NCBI RefSeq assembly: GCF_004010195.1
Contig: NC_057718.1
Span: 58,060,182 to 58,124,181 of the forward strand
Direction: 5' to 3'
DNA length: 64,000 nucleotides
DNA from: Chiloscyllium plagiosum
Taxonomy: Eukaryota
Within the stretch, counting starts at the first letter, position 1. Each line of letters begins with the position of its first letter. The position numbers and the translations under genes were made by a program. Shown here in pieces: positions 39,691 through 53,390 of the stretch. Below the pieces are notes generated by a model, which did no database searches, was not told the DNA's origin, and saw nothing but the letters and a program-made list of their open reading frames with translations.

Positions 39691-41599
39691 ATATTTGTGG
39701 TAGTATCAAATGTGAGAAAGGACTGTCAGAAAAGGTGGTGAAAGACCTGAATAGGAGAGAAAAAAAGACATTAATTCCTAATGAAGAATTTTTCAAGTTT
39801 ATTACTCAAGTGTGCAATGGCAGAATCAATAATGCAGTAAGATGATTCCATCAGCTGTAGTGGCTAATGTTGTTTGCAATCAATCATACCAAAAAAAAAT
39901 CAAAATCCATTGCAGACATTTGGTTAGGATCTACAATGGCAGAATTTTGTCATTGTAGCACACGGATGGCATGGTGGCTCAATGGGTAGCACTGCTGCCT
40001 GACAGTACAGGTACCCAGGTTTGACTTTACCATTGGGTGACCATTTCTAGGATTTCTATTTTAAAACAAAATAGAGAAACACTCTCTTCCCCAACACAAT
40101 GGAGAAGACTAGGAGACAGTGACCTGTGCATTAGTGTCGGGATAGGGCATAAAGTTCTCTAGTAGTGAAGTGACCTTGGATGATCTCCAGGTTGGACCTT
40201 CTAATGTTTGTCATAATGTAAGACAGGTGATATTGCCCTTTTGAGTTTCCCACCTGATTTCTTTCTCCTTGTTCACTGACCAGGAAAGTCAGCTTAGGTG
40301 TGTAGCCAGTAGCTAATCCAGTATTGCTCAGTTTACATTCCCTATCCTGATTGGCAGTTCTGACAAGAATGATTTCTGGATAGCTGCACAGTTTCAAACA
40401 AAGAGCAGAATTCTGCAAGCATTGTGATACATATGCTTTTCTCAACAGATTTTTAGAAGGATATAATTTTGAGAATTGCAGGACATGACGTAGAAACTTT
40501 GCTGAATGCCTCAAGAATATTTCATGTTCTATCTTGCTTGTATCTTGATATGTGATGTGATCATGACATTCAATGCGCCGAATATGGCGAATGTTTCTGA
40601 GTGAAAGTAATTCAGTTTGAGTAGATCATATTCTCTACAAAAAGTTTAATAGATTCAGCATCAGAAAAATAATGTCACAACAGCCAGTAAATGGTGGTAC
40701 ACACAGGAAATGAGGTATGCTTTAGGACCTCATTAAAACTAACAGTTCATTCTTAAGTATTTTGTCAGACCTCTTGATAGCATTAATCATGCAGCTCAGA
40801 ATAAATTACTGAGAATTATTAGGGAGGAGAATCCAGCTGTTGATACACTCGAGTTGTGCTATGTTTTATTCTCATTTATAAATGTGATCTTAATTTTATC
40901 TGTTTGATGCTGTGCTGAGAAACTTTCTGGTAATGAAGTATAGAGGTGAGAGAATGCAAATTGTTTTAATGTTTTTTTCTCTGCAAAAGACTTAATAGTC
41001 ATTATTTATCTTCTCCAAAGTGAAGATCCTTGATAAGGTTCTTGAAGTGTATAATGCACCTGAATAAACACTGGACTTGAATTGACACCTATGTACAGAA
41101 TGTTTTATTTCTGTTAACATTGTGATTGTTTTCTGGAATGTAATCAGAAACTAGATAGTGCTGTTTTCTAACTGCAAGAGGATTTAGATGAGGATTCTAC
41201 CCCATTTAAGATATTGCTCAATTGCACATTAATTTCAGTGTTTGTTCCAACAGCATCAGTGTGTTTTTGAACTGTGCTGCTCTACAAATTTCCAATGAGG
41301 ATTTTTTTTTAACTGAATTTATGGAGCAGATTTATGATGGGCAGCCCAAAGCATATTATATTTGAACAGTATTCAGACAGCACATTGCCTTCATAAATAG
41401 TTTGTAAGAATTATTGCAAAAGAATGTGAAGCAGGCCAGGAGGAATATGCAGCAGGTTGGTATTACTATGAATCTCTGTGGTACCCCTCTCACCCAATTT
41501 CTATTCCCATTTTATTCCTTGCCATTCCCAAACAACTTGCCAGTGTTGGGATAGCCCAAAACCCCTGTTGCTGGTATCATTTGTAAAGGGCCATTGCGC

Positions 41600-42770
41600 A
41601 CCTGGACAAGTAATGTTAGTCTGGAATGGCATACAATTTTCCTGATGTTTGCCTTGGATGTGGCAGACAAGGGAAAATTGGTGCTCTGCTTTGCAGACAG
41701 CATCCTGGAGGGAGATGGCGAGGTTCAGAGGTGAGGCACTGCCTTCCCCCAGGAGCAGCAATGACACCAGATCACGCTGGCCTGGTCCACAGTTGATACC
41801 TCGGTTTATGCAAATATAGCTATCTGAAGGAAAATGCAGCGATAGAGGAAGAAGGTCAATGACCTTCTGTACTCTGCCACCATCTCTCTGATACCTCACA
41901 CTCACTACCTCTGACACTGTATACACCTCCCACCAACGCTCATGCCCGACAATTCTCAAGGTTACCCACAATGTCTTCCACACTCAATGTCACTCACCCC
42001 GACCCCTGATACTACTAACCCTACATGCCCTCTGCACTGCCTACTCACTTGCTTGGGGCATCTCCCCACCTGCATCAACCATAACAGCTGTGCCACCCAC
42101 TTGCATCTCTCTCAATTCCTGGCTATCTTTCAATCCAGGAGGAAAACAGCCCCCAGTAGGGCAGGAAGAGTCAAGACGGGTGGGCTGTGCTATCTCACAT
42201 TCAGCTCCTTCCCGATGAGAGGATGCTGACACTCATCAGCCCAAGCGGTTGAACTGACGGACCATGACAAAGCCCTCGGACTATAATGAGAACTCCACTG
42301 GAACCTCCTGACCAAGGATTACCTTCCTTGTGTGAGGACTGCTGTCAACTGTGACAAGCTTCCAGGACTAAATAGTTTAACAATACAGATGTACTGTGAG
42401 GCTGGCGTTTCTGGTAGAGAGGCAGAGTGCAGAAAGGTGATGCAGAGCAGGGCTGCTATGAGCATCCAGTTAGGCACAAAATGATTGAGTGCCAAGCCAG
42501 CCCAGTAATGGAGCTTGGTCTACTCACTGAGCTGGGTGTATGGTTCTGAGCGCAAAGTGTCTTTTGTAGTAGCGTTGCAATTATAGTTGCCATTGCACCC
42601 TGAGTGCAGAAGCATACTGTTAATGGATCGGCGATGTAACATGAGGGGTCTTAGAGTCTGGCACATGCCAGAGGCCAGTGTCCATAGACTTGCGGTGTGT
42701 GTGGCCAGTGCCCATGGAGAGTGCACTGAAGTGTTAGTGTGTGACGTGAAGATCCTTTGGACCAAGTAGC
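41600..42770 (+). mobile_element. Harbinger-type Myb/SANT gene fossil (copy 2)
   Basis: ADKGKLVLCFAD; AWSTVDTSVYAN..RKMQR*RKKVNDLL (Myb/SANT-like). Acceptor tccag|gaggaaaacag at about 42138. Downstream similarity to 17300-18200. Confidence 0.55.
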
Positions 42771-43259
42771 GAGCTGAAGTTGCCAGTACCCAATCTGTCT
42801 TCTATGTCGAGAATTATTAGGGTCTAGTTTTCTATTGTTGCATGGTAGGACATTAAGCTTCATATTGCTGAGAAAGATGTGCAATTAATAAGGCTGTTAA
42901 CAAGTTGTGATCTCTCTTAATAGGCAACTCATCACTCCCTAATGACAATTTTGCCTTGAAACCCGAACTTCTGAGGAGAAATTTCTTGAGCCAGAGAATG
43001 GTTAATCTCGAGAATTCATTGCCACAAAGGGTTGTGGAGGCCAAGTCATTAAGAATATTTAAGACTGAGATAGTTTTTTGATTGGTAAAAGGATCAAGGG
43101 TTACAGGAAGAAGTCAGAATGGGGTTGAGAAACATTTCAGCCATGATTGAATGGTGGACCTGGAGCAATGGGCCAAATAGCCCAATTCTGGTCCTATCTC
43201 TTAAGATCATATGGTCTTAAAAGAGACAGTGAGTTGTTCCCTCAATGAGACAGGAAAAT

Positions 43260-45250
43260 TACAAGGGAAAGATAGGGCAAATAAACCTAATAAACCTTGG
43301 ATAACAAAATAAGTAGAAATTAAGTTGAAACAGGAAAAATGTGCTTATGACAGATAACAGGTGGATATTTCGGTTGAGAATCAAGCCAAATTGAGAAGAT
43401 TCAGAAGGGAATAGAAAAATAATTAGACAGGCAGGGAGCTTTTCAAGAAAGTCTGGCATCTAATATAAAAGAAAATCTATCAGTCTTCTATCAGCATGTA
43501 AATAGTAAAATCATTGTATGAGGAGCAATGGGACCATTTACTCAATGGCTAAAAAAGGAGATTGCTATGTTACTAAATGAACAAGTTGCATTTTTTTTTA
43601 CTGAGGAAGATGCTGCTCAGGTCATGGTGAAAGTGGAGGTGGTTCAGACATTGCGTTTAAAATGGATAAAAAGGAAAGAAGCATTACATTGACACTCTGT
43701 ATTTAAAATTGACAAAGCAACAGGACTGGATGAGATGCCTCCAAGGATATTAAGAGAAGTGAGAGTGGAAATTGCAAAGGCACTGGTCCTTATTTTTAAA
43801 AATCGCTTTTAGACTTGGAGGCGTGCCAGACGTCTGGAGAATTGCAAATGGACCACTCGAGTTTAAAAAGGGATACATATAAATGCAGCATCTACAGACA
43901 GATAAATTTAACTTCAGTGGTGGGGAATCTTTAAGAAAGGATAATTCAGAGTAAAGTTAATGGAAACTAGGCAAATACAGGCTACTTAAGGGACGTCAGT
44001 ACAAAAGTCAAATTAACAAATGTTAAGAATAACTTTTACATGGCTTACTTCAGTCTTCTGATGAGGTTTTAGAGAGTTAATGAGGGTAATGCTGTTGATA
44101 CAATGTACACAGATATCAAATGCATCTGATAAAGTGTTGCAGAGTAGACTTATGGGCAAAATAAAGAGCTCAGGAATAAAAAGAACAGTTATAACATGGA
44201 TATAGAAGTGGCTGAGCGACAGGAAACAAAAGAGAGTGGTGTATGCTTGTTTTTTTGGACTGTCTGAGGATTTATCATGGAGTTCCTCAGGAATTCGTGT
44301 TAGGACCCTTACTTTTCCTTATAGTAATGACCTGTAACCTAGCATTTAAGAAACATCTTCAAAGTGTGCAGACATACAAAACATGGACGCATTCTGAACC
44401 ATGAGGGTGAGAATGTACAGATTCAAAAGGGCAGAAACAGGTGGGTGGAATAGTTGAAAAGGAGTGTATGAAATCTAATGCAGAGAACTGTGAAGAGATT
44501 AATTTCCATCGGAAAAATTCAGAGAGACAATCTTGAACAAAGGGTAGAATTTAAAGGGGATGTGAGAGCAGAGTCACTTGTGTGTGTGTGTACATAAAGC
44601 AATGAAGATGGCAGGATAAGTTGAGGGAGCAGTTAATAAAGCATCAGGCATTCTGGGGATTATCAGTGAAGCGCACAGAATACGAAAGCAATAAGGTTCT
44701 GATACAACTGTATAACTCCTTGCTCAGTTGAAATGAGTATTGTATCCACTTGTGGGCATCACACTTTTGGAAGGATCTCAGTGCATTAAGGTGCAGAAAA
44801 AGAAGAAAATTATTCCAGAGATGAGGAACATCAGATATGAAAATTGACTGGAGAAGTTGAGACTTTTTTTCATAGAGGAGACTGAAAGGGGATTGGATAG
44901 AAGTATGAAAACCATTAGTCTGGACAAAATCGATAGGGAAAAGTTATTTTTGTTCATGAAAGGATCAAGAATGAGAGGAGACAAATTTAATGTAATTGAC
45001 AAAAGAAGAAATGGATTCATGAAAATTATTTTCTGGTGGTTAGGATCTGGAATGCACTGACAAAAAGTGTTGTGGAGACAGGGTCAAAGTGGGGATTGAA
45101 AAGGAAATTGGATGATTATCTAAAAGTGAACCATCTGCAAGGCTGTGGAGAAAAAGGTCGTGGAGTGAAACTAAGTGAACTGCTCTTCCAATCTGTCAGT
45201 TTTGGCAGGACAGGTCAAAGGACCTCTTTCGGTATTATAACTATGATTCA
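43260..45250 (+). mobile_element. Old CR1 LINE ORF2 remnant
   Basis: Degenerate KATGLDEMPPRILREV, WRIAN, GVPQEFVLGPLLF and ORF2 C-terminus. A separate CR1 tail lies at 42955-43220. Confidence 0.75.
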
Positions 45251-45890
45251 ATTTGTCAGTTTTTTAAAAATCTGCACGTTTTATGATTATTATTATAAAC
45301 TTTTTTCCTACTTTGGTGTACTTGCAGAGATAAAAGTGGCCCTTAAATGCATCTGACTTGAGAGAGATAACTATATGTGGTCTGAGCGTTCAAATGACTC
45401 AGTTAGGAAATGCACTTCTAAGGGAGAACCATGCTGCCCTAGGTTCAATTTCTACTTTGCCCTGAATTAGTAATAGAGGTGAAATAATGGGAGTCATTGG
45501 AAAACTGAAGTGATTAGTGCTGGAGAATGGTGAACTTCTAAGTATAGCTTCAGCCTTAGCTATTAGCTAGTGCCTTCAGGGGAGGACATAATTAGTTATT
45601 TTTAAAGATGCACTTATTGACACAGATTTGTCCATATTTATAATCAATTATATTTCAGTGTTTAATAACTAGTTTAAAATCTAGCAAGTTGTTCCCACTT
45701 CTTGTCTTTCATTCTGCTATACTATGGTGTAGTTTAATCAATTTCATGTAATCCTGCTACCGATTTGTAACAATTTCCTTACAGATCAGTGATTGCGATG
45801 ACTTTTTGTTCTCCTCAGATAAGTATTTAATTTATTAGTAACATGCTATAGTTTTTTGGATATTTTAATTATGTATTCATCTTTCAATGA

Positions 45891-46074
45891 AAAGAAAACT
45901 ACTGTGGATGCTGGAACTCTAAAATGAAAACGTAAAGTGTTAGAGAATCTCCTCAGTCTGTAGAGAGAAAACAGAGTTATTGCTTTGAATCTAAAATGGA
46001 TAGGGAACATTAACCTGTTTCTCTATCCACAGATATTGCCAGCCTTGTAGCGTTACTTTGAATCTTTATTCTTG
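45891..46074. mobile_element. Old hairpin-shaped repeat, probably Penelope-derived
   Basis: tcaatga duplicated at 45884-45890 and 46075-46081. Internal inverted arms at 45957-45979 and 46011-46033. Starts with gatgctggaa, complementary to the PLE tail motif. Confidence 0.45.
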
Positions 46075-47259
46075 TCAATGATGTACAACTCAAAATATAC
46101 CATATCCTCTGATATTCTATAAAAGAAGATTAACTGTCTGGTCTTCAGCTTTTTGGTGGTTATGCTTACCGGTTGAAATGAATTTGGATGATCTTGATCC
46201 AGATTCTAATCGAAAATAACTGCTGAAAACTCAGACTAAAGTTTGACGGAATGGGACTGCAGGACAGTGCCAATGCAGCATATTATAAATAACTTCACAT
46301 TATAAAGAGCCAAAACAAGTGGCTCAATTGAAATACTAAGCAGCGAATATAATACTTCAATGACCAGATTAGTAATGCCAGCCCAATCTATCCATTGACT
46401 CCATAAACATGACAGTGTTCATCTGGAAATTCAGATTGATTAGAAAGTGTTTTATATGCCTTTTGAGGCACTGACTTTGTAGAAAGGTGTTGAAAAGAAA
46501 TCTAGCAACTTTAAGCTTCTTTTAAATTAATAAACCAGTGATTGATTATTGAGCATGCTGGAGCAGGAGTCAACAATGTAGCTCCCTCAACATGTGTTGT
46601 AATTCTATTAGATCATGGTGGATCTGTATTTTAACTCTGTTTACATGCTTTGATCCAGTCACGCTTAAGACCTGAGCCTGGGAGAAAGCTAACAGTCTCC
46701 ATTCTGAAATCCTCAATTGACCTAATCTCAGCATTTTTCTAGTGAAGATTAAGTTGTGATCAGAAAAGGGTTGAACTGAAGGAAAATTGTGTTGAACATG
46801 TCATGTTTAATGATTAAAGCATTGAAAACTTCTAGCTTCTGTCTAGCAAAGGAATAATATGGAGAATAATGTGTAGGAAAAAAACCTTTGAGGCGAAAAG
46901 TTATTAGAAAATTAAAATCAATCTATGACTATGAATAACTTAATAGGAATGTTTAAATAAGGGAAGTGAACTTTAGTATTGAAGTTTATATTTTAATAAA
47001 TACACAGTAACCCACATTTGGCAGAATGCCACTTTGAACATTTATGTAAATCCAGAATTTGAAATTAAATTTGGATTCAGTGGGCTGGCAGTTCAAGATT
47101 TTCTGTATTCTAGATGTGTTCTGAGATTAGAAAGTTCAAGCCTTAGTACTCTAAAGTGATGTCAGCTCCTAACTTTACTTGTAAAGGTCAGAGTGTAGGT
47201 TGAGAACTAGACTTTATATCATGCATTAATGCAATTAAGCTGCTGTAATAGAGAAGTCT

Positions 47260-48640
47260 TGCTTTTGAAGAGCATCTTGAAGAACAAAATATGTTCATAT
47301 CGTAATGAAAAGCAACAAGCAATTCTTCTGACAGCCTGTGGAGCTGCAGCTTTTTCTGTTATAAGAAACCCAACTTGCCGTTAGGCATCAGATATTAAAA
47401 CCTTTCAAGAATTGGCAGACATAGTTAAGGAAAAATTATGACCCCAAGCCTCTTCTAATTCTGAGTCGCTATCGTTTTTTACTCAGCAATTGGAGAACCA
47501 GGGCAATCCATTTTGGGATTTTTGATGAGGTTAATATAACTGGCAAAAGCATGTAACTTCGGTTTAACCTTTAAGGAGATGCTTAGAGATCATTTGGTAT
47601 GTGGGATTAATGATGTAATGATGCAAAAGTGCCTTTCAGCTGAAGCATATAGGCATTACAATTGGCTTTATCATGAGAAAATGTGGGCAGTGGAACATAT
47701 GAGTTGCAGGGTATTCCAATGAAAGTGAACACATTCGCCAGTGCAACTGAGCTTGGGGAACACGACTTGAGTGCAGGCAATTGCATAGCCTCACTCAGGA
47801 CATATCCTGATCAGAGGGACTCTAGGACAGCCCACAGCAAAACCCCAGGACAAAGCTCAGACTTGGCCACATAGAGAAATGATGTGGAGGTGCCGGTGTT
47901 GGACTGGAGTGGACAAAGTTAAAAATGGCACAACACCAGGTCATAGTGCAACAAGTTATAGACCATAGAGAAAGAAGGATTGGCGGTCATATTTGGAGTC
48001 AGAAAGTTCCACCAGTATCTTTATCGATGAAAGTTTGTGATAATCATGGACCACAAACCTCTACTTGGTCTGCTCAAAGATGAAAAGGCAGTACCGCCCA
48101 TAGCTTCAGGCCCATTCAGCGGTGGGCTCTAATAAAGGGTACACAAGAATCTGCCAAATGAGAGAGACAGTTTGACATAGGGGACAAAGTTTGTGTAAGA
48201 ATCACGGAAATGGCCCCACAGGGTAAGAGGCATGGTCAGTGCAAAGTCAAGGCCAGTGCAGTATGAAGTTTGGGGAGGTGTGATGGTCCTGCATGGGCAC
48301 GTGGGCCATATGAAAACCACAAATTCACAAATGGTACGGGAGCAAATTGTGCTCTGCCCCTCAGCGCAATCAGAGAGGCTGCCAGAACCTCTGGGTTCAC
48401 CCTATCTGCAAAGGGTTATGAGTCCTCAGAATAGAAGATGGATGTAGTCACCTTAACGCCTTTGCCACTGGAAGAAAAAAGTGAAATTCTATCGAGGCTG
48501 TCCTGGTGCAAGAGATGAGCTCCCATGCATTACACACCGCCCATATCGTATGCCGAGATGGAGGAACCTCACCTGGTGCTAAAACATACCAAGAGGTGAT
48601 ACAACATAAAGGATTGGCCTTATTTCAGTGTGTATTAAGA
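47260..48640 (+). mobile_element. Internally deleted Gypsy element (gag, RNase H and post-integrase fragments)
   Basis: LRDHLVCGIND (gag); IEKEGLAVIFGVRKFHQYLY...DHKPLLGLL (RNase H). 48180-48600 resembles 1480-1930 in reverse. Confidence 0.75.
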
Positions 48641-49009
48641 TGGGGTGAATATTAGGAAAGAGGGTATTGGAGGAGGAGGTAGATAGTTAATGTGGCAAGT
48701 TTGGAAAGTTATGGCAAGAAACCTCACTCGGTCTTGCAGTGGAAACCCCTCCAGAAAACTGAAAGCACCCTGGATTTAGCCAAAACAAATGCAGTTTAGA
48801 CTTATGTGTTTAATCAAAATGGCTTATTTTTACTTTTTAAACAACTTAGGTGATCTGGTTTATAGTATAGGTAGATTAAATCAGTTGTTTACCTGTATAT
48901 TTAATTCCCCATGTCTCTCTATGTGCTGTGACATGGATTTTCTTTTCCCTTAAGTGCTGTTTACCAATTTACAAAGAGCGTTAGCACTGCTCTGAGCCTT
49001 ACCATCTCT

Positions 49010-50230
49010 GGCCACTCCACCCCCAATTTTTCCCTCATTGACTATTACAGTCCCAGTCTCTCCCTCATTGACTGTTTCACTCACAGTATCTCCCTCATTG
49101 ACCGCTCCACTCCCAGGCTCTCCCTCATTGATTCCTCCACTCCTAGTCTTTCCCTCATTGACCGCTCCACTCCCAGCCTCTCCCTCATTGACTGCACCAC
49201 TCCCAGTTTCTCCCTCATTGACCGCTCCACTCCCAATCTCTCTCTCAATGACTGCTCCACTCCCAGTCTCTCCCTCATTAACTCCTCCACTTCCAGTCTC
49301 TCCCTTATTGATCGCTCCACTCCTAGTCTTTCCCTCATTGACCGCTCCACTCCCAGCCTCTCCCTCATTGACCAATCCACTCCCAGTTTCTACCTTATTG
49401 ACTGCACCACTCCCAGTTTCTACCTCATTGACTGCACCACTCCCAGTTTCTACCTTATTCGCTGCTCTACTCCCAGTTTCTCCCTCATTGACCGCTCCAC
49501 TCCCAGTCTCTCTCTCATTGACTGCTCCACTCCCAGTTTCTCCCTCATTGACTGCTTCACTCACAGTATCTCCCCATTTATTGCTTCACTCCCAGTCTCT
49601 CCCTCATTAATCGCTCCACTCCCAGTCTCTCTCTCAATGACTCCTCCACTTCCAGTCTCTCCTTCATTGACTGCTTCACTCACAGTATCTCCCTCATTGA
49701 CCGCTCCACTCCCAGCCTCTCCCTCATTGCTATACTCCCAGTCTCTCCTTCATTGACTGCTCCACTCCCAGTCTCTCCCTCATTGACTGCTTCACTCCCA
49801 GTCTCTCCCTCATTGACTGCTCCACTCCCAGTCTCTCCCTCATTGACCGCTCCACTCCCAGTCTCTCCCTCACTGAGAGCTCTCCACTTCCAGTCTCTCT
49901 CTCAATGACTGCTCCACTCCCAGTTTCTCCCTCATTGACCACTTCACTTTCAGTCTCTCCCCATTTATTGCTTCACTCCCAGTCTCTCCCTCATTGACTG
50001 CTCCACTCCTAGTCTCTCTCTCAATGACTGCTCCACTCCCAGTCTCTCCCTCATTGACCGCTCCATTCCCAGTTTCTCCCTCAATGACCGCTCCACTCCC
50101 AGTCTCTTCCTCAATGACCGCTCTACTCCCACTCTGTCCCTCATTGACTGCTCCACTCCCAGTCTCTCCCTCATTGACTGCACCACTCCCAGTCTCTCCC
50201 TCATTGACTGCGTCACTCTCAGTCTCTCTC
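49010..50230. repeat. 30-bp minisatellite, about 40 diverged units
   Basis: Consensus actcccagtctctccctcattgactgctcc. Gives periodic pseudo-ORFs such as GETGSGAVNE. Confidence 0.92.
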
Positions 50231-50479
50231 TCTCGGTCTCTCTCATTGATCACTCTGCTGTCAATATTACCGTCTCTGATTACTCTACTCTCATCCTAGA
50301 CTCTATTGCTGCTCCATGTATAGCCTCAGGCTCTCTGACCTCTCTCCTCTCTACTATCTCGCTGCTCTGTTATTGGTTTCATTTCCTTTCCAGTTGCTTT
50401 GCCTGCAATAGTTTTTGAACTAATAGTCAACAATCAATGTCAACACAAATATTTTGACAAGTATCTTCGATGTATCTCC

Positions 50480-53390
50480 ATTGTGCAAAGACTCCGTGCT
50501 AGTCTCCAGTTACTGCTCATCATTGGTGGAGTTTGTGACTGTCAGATGCAGGCCATTTTATTTGCCATGGGAATTCACTGCTGTCCTTATAGTCGGGGTG
50601 TATATTCCTCCCAGAGCTAATGCTAAGAAGGCACTCTGTGAACTGTATGGGGCTATTAGTGGACTGTTTATTGTTGATGCCTGGATGCCTGGTGGGAATT
50701 ATTGTCCCTTCAAATTCCTTTTTAATTTATTCTTTCCTTTGTCAAACATGTGAATCTCCAGACTGTGCATCAGCAGGTGGACTTGGTGAAGAGAGGGGAG
50801 AACGCGCTGAATCTGTTTATACAAACATTCCCAACGCATACAGGGTAGAGCCCCAGCCCCACCTCAGCTCCTCAGACCACATCTCTGTTATGCTAATCCC
50901 AGCATACAGACCACTCGTCAGACATGTCAAACTGGTTCGGAAGCAGGAGAAAACCTGGCCAGCCGGAGCGATTCTGCTTTTCAAGACCGTTTTGAGCGCA
51001 CTGATTGGCATGTGTTCAGGGAGATGGCAACCGATGGCACTGCGAGGAGTATATGGTGTCGATGATTTGCTACATTAGCAAGTGTACTGACGACGTTACT
51101 GTGTCCAGGACCATCACTTCACACCCCAACCCGAAGCTGTGGATGACTGCAAAGATCCACTGCTGAGGTCCCATGATTCCGCCTTCAGGGCAGATGACGA
51201 TGCAGCCCTAACAACAATGAGGGCCGACCTGACCCGGGCCATCAAAGAGGCAAAGTGTACACGCACACAGAGAGACTGCTCAGCCTCTTTCAGGACAGCA
51301 GCGATAGGCCGAGCATGTGGAAGGGCATCCAGGCCATCACCAACCACAGAACAGCAACATCTGCTTGTGCTGGTGATGCCTCCCTCCCGGGTGAGTTGAA
51401 CAGCCTTTATGCAGGGTTTGAGGCATGAACCGACGTGGCACAGAGGAGGTCTACCACCCCCCAGTGACCAAGTGCTGTGTCTTATCACGGCCGACATGAG
51501 GAAAGCCCTATGCACAGTCAACCCATGTAAGGCTGCTAGACCAGGTAGCATCCCTGGCAGAGTGCTCACAGGATGCTCTGACGTACTGGTGGATATTCTC
51601 ACGGACATGTTCAACATCTCCCTGAGCTGCTCCATAGTTCCAATGTGTTTTAAGGCCACTACCATTGTCCTCATGCTGAAGAAGTCTTCAGCGTCCTGTC
51701 TCAACAACTACTGCCCATTGTGCTAACACCCATCATCATGAAGGTTTTGAGAGGCTTTTGATGAGGCATATTAAGAGCCTGCTGCTCCCCTCAATGGACA
51801 CCCTGCAGTTCGTGTATTGACCCAACTGCTCAACAGATGATGCCATTTGCACCACCCTCCATCTGGGCCCCACCCACCTCCAGAAGAAGGACACCTACGT
51901 CAGGCTACTGTTCATAGACATCAGTTCTGCATTTAATTTTTTTTTCGAATCTTTATTCAATTTCCACCACCAGCGAAATAGGAAAACACCCAAGTGGCCA
52001 GTGACAAGCAGCGCCCTTCTCATCAAAGGGCAATGCTGTGTGAACTCCTGTTCTTTTTATTTAGAGAGCCCTTCACTGGGGATCCCCACCACCCGATGGC
52101 AAATGGGTACGTCAGGGCATGTCCCACTCCTGTTTATATTTCTTTTTTTGTTCTTTTTTTTTTCCTTTTATTAAAAATTTAACCCCCACACTACCACCTA
52201 ACTGCGGTAGTGCTTATTTTTTCCCCAGCACCCATGGTGTGTGTGAGACACAGTGAAAGACACAAAGTGCACGAATCTTTATTCAATTTCCAAGTTCTGC
52301 ATTTAACACTGTCGTTTCCCAGCACCTGATTGGAAAGCTGGGTCTGCTGGACCTAAATACATCCCGGTGTAACTGGGTCATGGACTTTCTGACTGGGAGA
52401 CCTCAGTCAGTCCGGATCGGGAACAGCATCTCCAACACCATCACCCTGAGCACGGGGGCCCCCCAGGGCTGTGTGCTCAGTCCACTGCTGCTCACCCTGC
52501 TGACACACGACTGTGCAGCAATGCACAGGTTGAATCACATCATCAAGTTCACTGATGGTACCACTGTAGTGAGTCTCATCAGCAGGAACGACAAATCAGC
52601 ATACAGAGAGGAGATGCGGTGTCTAATGCACTGGTGCATAGCCAACAACCTGTCTCTGAACGTGGACAAAACAAAAGAGATGGTTGTTGACTTCAGGAGG
52701 GAACGAAGTGACCACTCTCTGCTGGACATCGACGGCGCCCCCACGGAGATCATGAAGAGCAACAAGTTTCTTGGCGTTCACCTGGGAGAATCTCACCTGG
52801 TCTGTCAACACCAACTCCATAGCCAAGAAAACCCAGTAGCATCTTTACTTTCTGCACAGCCTGAGGAAAGCCCACCTCCCACCCTCCCATCCTCACCACA
52901 TTCTACAGACGGTTCATTGAGAGTACCCTGAGCTGCTGCATCACTACCTTGTTCAGGAATTGTACCATCTCGGATCATAAGTCTCTACAACGGATAGTGA
53001 GGACAGCTGAGAAGATCATCAGGGTCTCTCCTCTGTATTACAGACACTTACACCACACGCTGCATCCAAAAGGCTAAGAGCATTGTGGAAGACTCCACAC
53101 ACCCCTCTCTTAAATGCTTCTCCTTCCTGCCATCTGGCAGAAGATACCAGAGCATTCGGTCTCTCATGGCCAGATTGTGCAACAGTTTCTTCCCCCCAGT
53201 TATCAGGCTCCTTAACACTGTATAATCTTTTCCATCTGAAATTCTTTGCACAACTTTGAATTGCTGCTAAAACAATGTTTATTATTTGTCATTCTTCTAT
53301 TACACTGTAACTTGCATGTTTTGCACTTTTTATGCTGCCGTCCATGCAGCACCTTGGTCTGGAGGAACACGGTCTCATTTTGTATCGAAA
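50480..53390 (+). mobile_element. Rex1/Babar non-LTR retrotransposon, decayed
   Basis: APE motifs ([29 protein letters not shown]) and RT motifs ([60 protein letters not shown]), plus LPSGRRY near the end. Multiple stops and frameshifts. Confidence 0.85.
51937..52292 (-). mobile_element. Poly(A)-tailed retro-insertion nested in the Rex1 RT
   Basis: 14-bp TSD agttctgcatttaa at 51923-51936 and 52293-52306. T9 run at the left end. Confidence 0.8.

Noticed and set aside
48950..50299. Repetitive ORFs (GETGSGAVNE / SLTAPLPVSP)
   Set aside because: Translations of the 30-bp minisatellite, broken by indels, with no splice or promoter support.
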